From NCBI RefSeq assembly GCF_009914755.1, contig NC_060933.1: DNA of 64,000 nucleotides; one strand, given 5' to 3'. The position numbers were made by a program, and so were the translations under genes. Origin of the DNA: the human T2T-CHM13v2.0 reference genome, Homo sapiens. The notes below the pieces were generated by a model. The model saw only the letters and a list, made by a program, of their open reading frames with translations, did not search any database and was not told where the DNA came from. Every line of letters starts with the position of its first letter. Position 1 is the stretch's first letter. Of this stretch, positions 61,045 through 64,000 are shown one piece after another.

Positions 61045-63209
61045 GGTTGGAGGGGTTCCGCTTTCTCCCTGGGTCCCTGCCGCTCTGTCTCCGGCAAGTG
61101 ATGAGCAATTTTGCGGAGTGGCAGAACAGAGACAAAGGTAGCTGTGGGCTTCACGGTAATTTCAAAGGAAGTGCCCTACTTCGTTGCCCATTTCGAAGTC
61201 CTCTCTACCTCTGCGTTGGACGATTTCTCCACTTCCTGGTGTGCACCTGCGTGTGTGCGTGCCTGTGTGTGTGTGTGTGTGTGCGCGCGCGCGCGCGCGC
61301 GTGCTGGGGTGTGTGCACACTATGCCGAGAGTCGGGCAAATTTCGAGTGAAGGGAGACCGAGTCCCGCAGGTTCTCTTGCTCCTGCAGTCTGCGGAGGAA
61401 AAACTCCTTTCTGGCACGGCGGCAGGAATCCATCTACCGACGTTAGGAAAGGACAGGGTGTGCTTTCGTCCCAGCTTAGTTTTCTATGGAGAAACAGGCA
61501 GCAGAGGAGAGTGGGCCAGAGGGCCACATTTTGCCCACGACCAGCCAGGTTTGAGTTGGTTCCTCCTAGGCCTCACGGTCTGATTTTCTCCTCCCCTTTG
61601 TGTACCCGACGGGTGTTGCTCTGAGCTCAGGACCATCCCGGCGGGCTGCGGATGGGATCATCGTGTGTGTATGGCCACAGCCCTCCGCCTCGCTCGCTCG
61701 GTGAGCACGTGAATCAAGGAAGGGGCACACGACTCTAGGCAGGACCCGGCGGGGTGTGGGGAGGAGAAACTCGGTAAGAGAAGAGAGGGAGAGGGAGACG
61801 TGCGAGGCGCAGGCTGTCCCAGGCGAGTCTTAGAAACCGCGTGCGCGGAGACGTCCGCCAGAAAGCAAGCAGGCGAAAGGAAATGGAACATCCGCAGGGC
61901 CGGTGCCGTGGGATCCGGTCACGCCCTGACGGCTTTCGGGGACATCTCAGGCTCGCTGTCTCCGCCTTGGACCTGGCGCAGAGAGGAGTGAGGCCTGAGG
62001 ACAGGGCTGCGTGGCCAGCTGGGTGTGGGAGGTGCCAACACAGTAAGGGCTGGTCAAGGGGTGGCCGGGAGCGATACGGGGGGGTTGCTCAAGAAATCAC
62101 CGCTGGAACTGGGATCAAGTCATCCCACTTCTGGACGTATCGCCTAAGGACACGAAATCGGGATGTGGTGCAAATATGTGTCCTGCTGCGTTGGTTGTCG
62201 GCACGCTACCTGTAACCAAGACGTGGAATCGACCTAAGTGCCCATCAGCAGATGACTAGAGAAGGACAAAGGAGTGGGGTTCGCAGAAGAAACACATCAG
62301 GGAAAGGAAAGGAGAGCCGGTCATCTGGGACGTCATGCACGGACCCAAAAGTCATGGTGCCCAGTGAAATCAGCCAGGCCCATCCGACCCGTATTGCGTG
62401 ATCTCCTTGGGATGTGGGATGGAAAGCGGTGAGGATCGCGAAAGTAGAGAGGAGAAAGGTGGTTGGCCGGGCCTGGGGCCGGGGTAGGGGCAGGGAAAAG
62501 ATGCCCATGCGAGATGTGGGTCAAAGGGCACAAAGTTTCCGAGAGGCAGGTGGAGTGCTTCCTGGATATCCGTGGCAGGGCAACGTGAGTACGGTGGAGC
62601 AGAATGTAAGGTTCTCGTGAATATACCCACGGGAGTAGAGCTGAAAATTCTCCCGACAGGGACAGGGGACGCATGTGGGGCGATAAGTGTGTGAATTCGG
62701 CCGATTCTAGTGAATTCCCTAATGAAGACGTCACACACGGTAAGTGTGTATCATATTTATTGTCATTCATACTTGAAGGCACCGGCGGGGGAAGGAAATA
62801 ATTAAATCGCAAGACAAAACCTCCAAGAGAGATCACCTCGAAGAGAGTCTAACGTCCGTAGGAACGCTCTCGGGTTCACAAGGATTGACCGAACCCCAGG
62901 ATACGTCGCTCTCCATCTGAGGCTTGCTCCAAATGGCCCTCCACTATTCCAGGCACGTGGGTGTCTCCCCTAACTCTCCCTGCTCTCCTGAGCCCATGCT
63001 GCCTATCACCCATCGGTGCAGGTCCTTTCTGAAGAGCTCGGGTGGATTCTCTCCATCCCACTTCCTTTCCCAAGAAAGAAGCCACCGTTCCAAGACACCC
63101 AATGGGACATTCCCCTTCCACCTCCTTCTCCAAAGTTGCCCAGGTGTTCATCACAGGTTAGGGAGAGAAGCCCCCAGGTTTCAGTTACAAGGCATAGGAC
63201 GCTGGCATG

Positions 63210-63254
<45 letters not shown>

Positions 63255-63698
63255 CTCGAAGAGGTAGCCACAAGGGTCATTAAACACTTGACGACTGTTT
63301 TCCAAAAACGTGGATGCAGTTCATCCACGCCAAAGCCAAGGGTGCAAAGCAAACACGGAATGGTGGAGAGATTCCAGAGGCTCACCAAACCCTCTCAGGA
63401 ATATTTTCCTGACCCTGGGGGCAGAGGTTGGAAACATTGAGGACATTTCTTGGGACACACGGAGAAGCTGACCGACCAGGCATTTTCCTTTCCACTGCAA
63501 ATGACCTATGGCGGGGGCATTTCACTTTCCCCTGCAAATCACCTATGGCGAGGTACCTCCCCAAGCCCCCACCCCCACTTCCGCGAATCGGCATGGCTCG
63601 GCCTCTATCCGGGTGTCACTCCAGGTAGGCTTCTCAACGCTCTCGGCTCAAAGAAGGACAATCACAGGTCCAAGCCCAAAGCCCACACCTCTTCCTTT

Positions 63699-64000
63699 TG
63701 TTATACCCACAGAAGTTAGAGAAAACGCCACACTTTGAGACAAATTAAGAGTCCTTTATTTAAGCCGGCGGCCAAAGAGATGGCTAACGCTCAAAATTCT
63801 CTGGGCCCCGAGGAAGGGGCTTGACTAACTTCTATACCTTGGTTTAGGAAGGGGAGGGGAACTCAAATGCGGTAATTCTACAGAAGTAAAAACATGCAGG
63901 AATCAAAAGAAGCAAATGGTTATAGAGAGATAAACAGTTTTAAAAGGCAAATGGTTACAAAAGGCAACGGTACCAGGTGCGGGGCTCTAAATCCTTCATG
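63699..64000 (-). mobile_element. next copy of the monomer solo LTR (cut by window edge)
   Basis: matches 58271 onward at +5428. Confidence 0.85.

Larger units (their letters stand above)
52362..64000. repeat. GC-rich macrosatellite (recalled as ZAV, ZFP37-associated VNTR): edge unit 52362-57147 (4786 bp), unit 57148-62571 (5424 bp), partial unit 62572-64000
   Basis: near-identical ORF sets offset by 5444, 5424 and 5428 bp; shared (CA)n at ~53003, ~57787 and ~63212; name is from memory. Confidence 0.95.

Noticed and set aside
53499-61991. Other long ORFs in the monomers (439 aa minus; 302, 321 and 412 aa plus)
   Set aside because: Mostly non-ATG starts and low-complexity G/P/R/A content expected at high GC. 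They lack a supporting promoter or splice layout, and the 412-aa frame reads through a microsatellite.

Overview
Primate (very likely human 9q32) genomic DNA. From left to right: (1) the CpG promoter and first exons of a minus-strand gene running off the left edge (probably ZNF883); (2) about 26 kb of nested transposon remnants (L1, Alu, L2, Tigger1, MER75, several LTRs); (3) the complete minus-strand KRAB-C2H2 gene ZFP37 (4 coding exons, 12 fingers, 630/631/645 aa depending on the exon-2 acceptor); (4) from about 52,362 to the right edge, the proximal end of a GC-rich macrosatellite of about 5.4 kb period, which I recall as the ZFP37-associated VNTR (ZAV). The main finding is that each full monomer appears to carry a compact minus-strand gene. 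It has an exact DUX4 motif (TAACCTAATCA), then KLF/SP, CCAAT and TATA-like elements, a Kozak ATG, a canonical phase-matched intron and a 362-aa ORF. The ORF is Arg/Ser/Pro-rich with a helical C-terminus. This resembles known DUX4-induced, macrosatellite-encoded early-embryo genes, but expression and homology are untested. The edge monomer also preserves the empty site of a solo LTR that the inner monomers carry. Gene, locus and repeat-family names come from recognition, not database searches.
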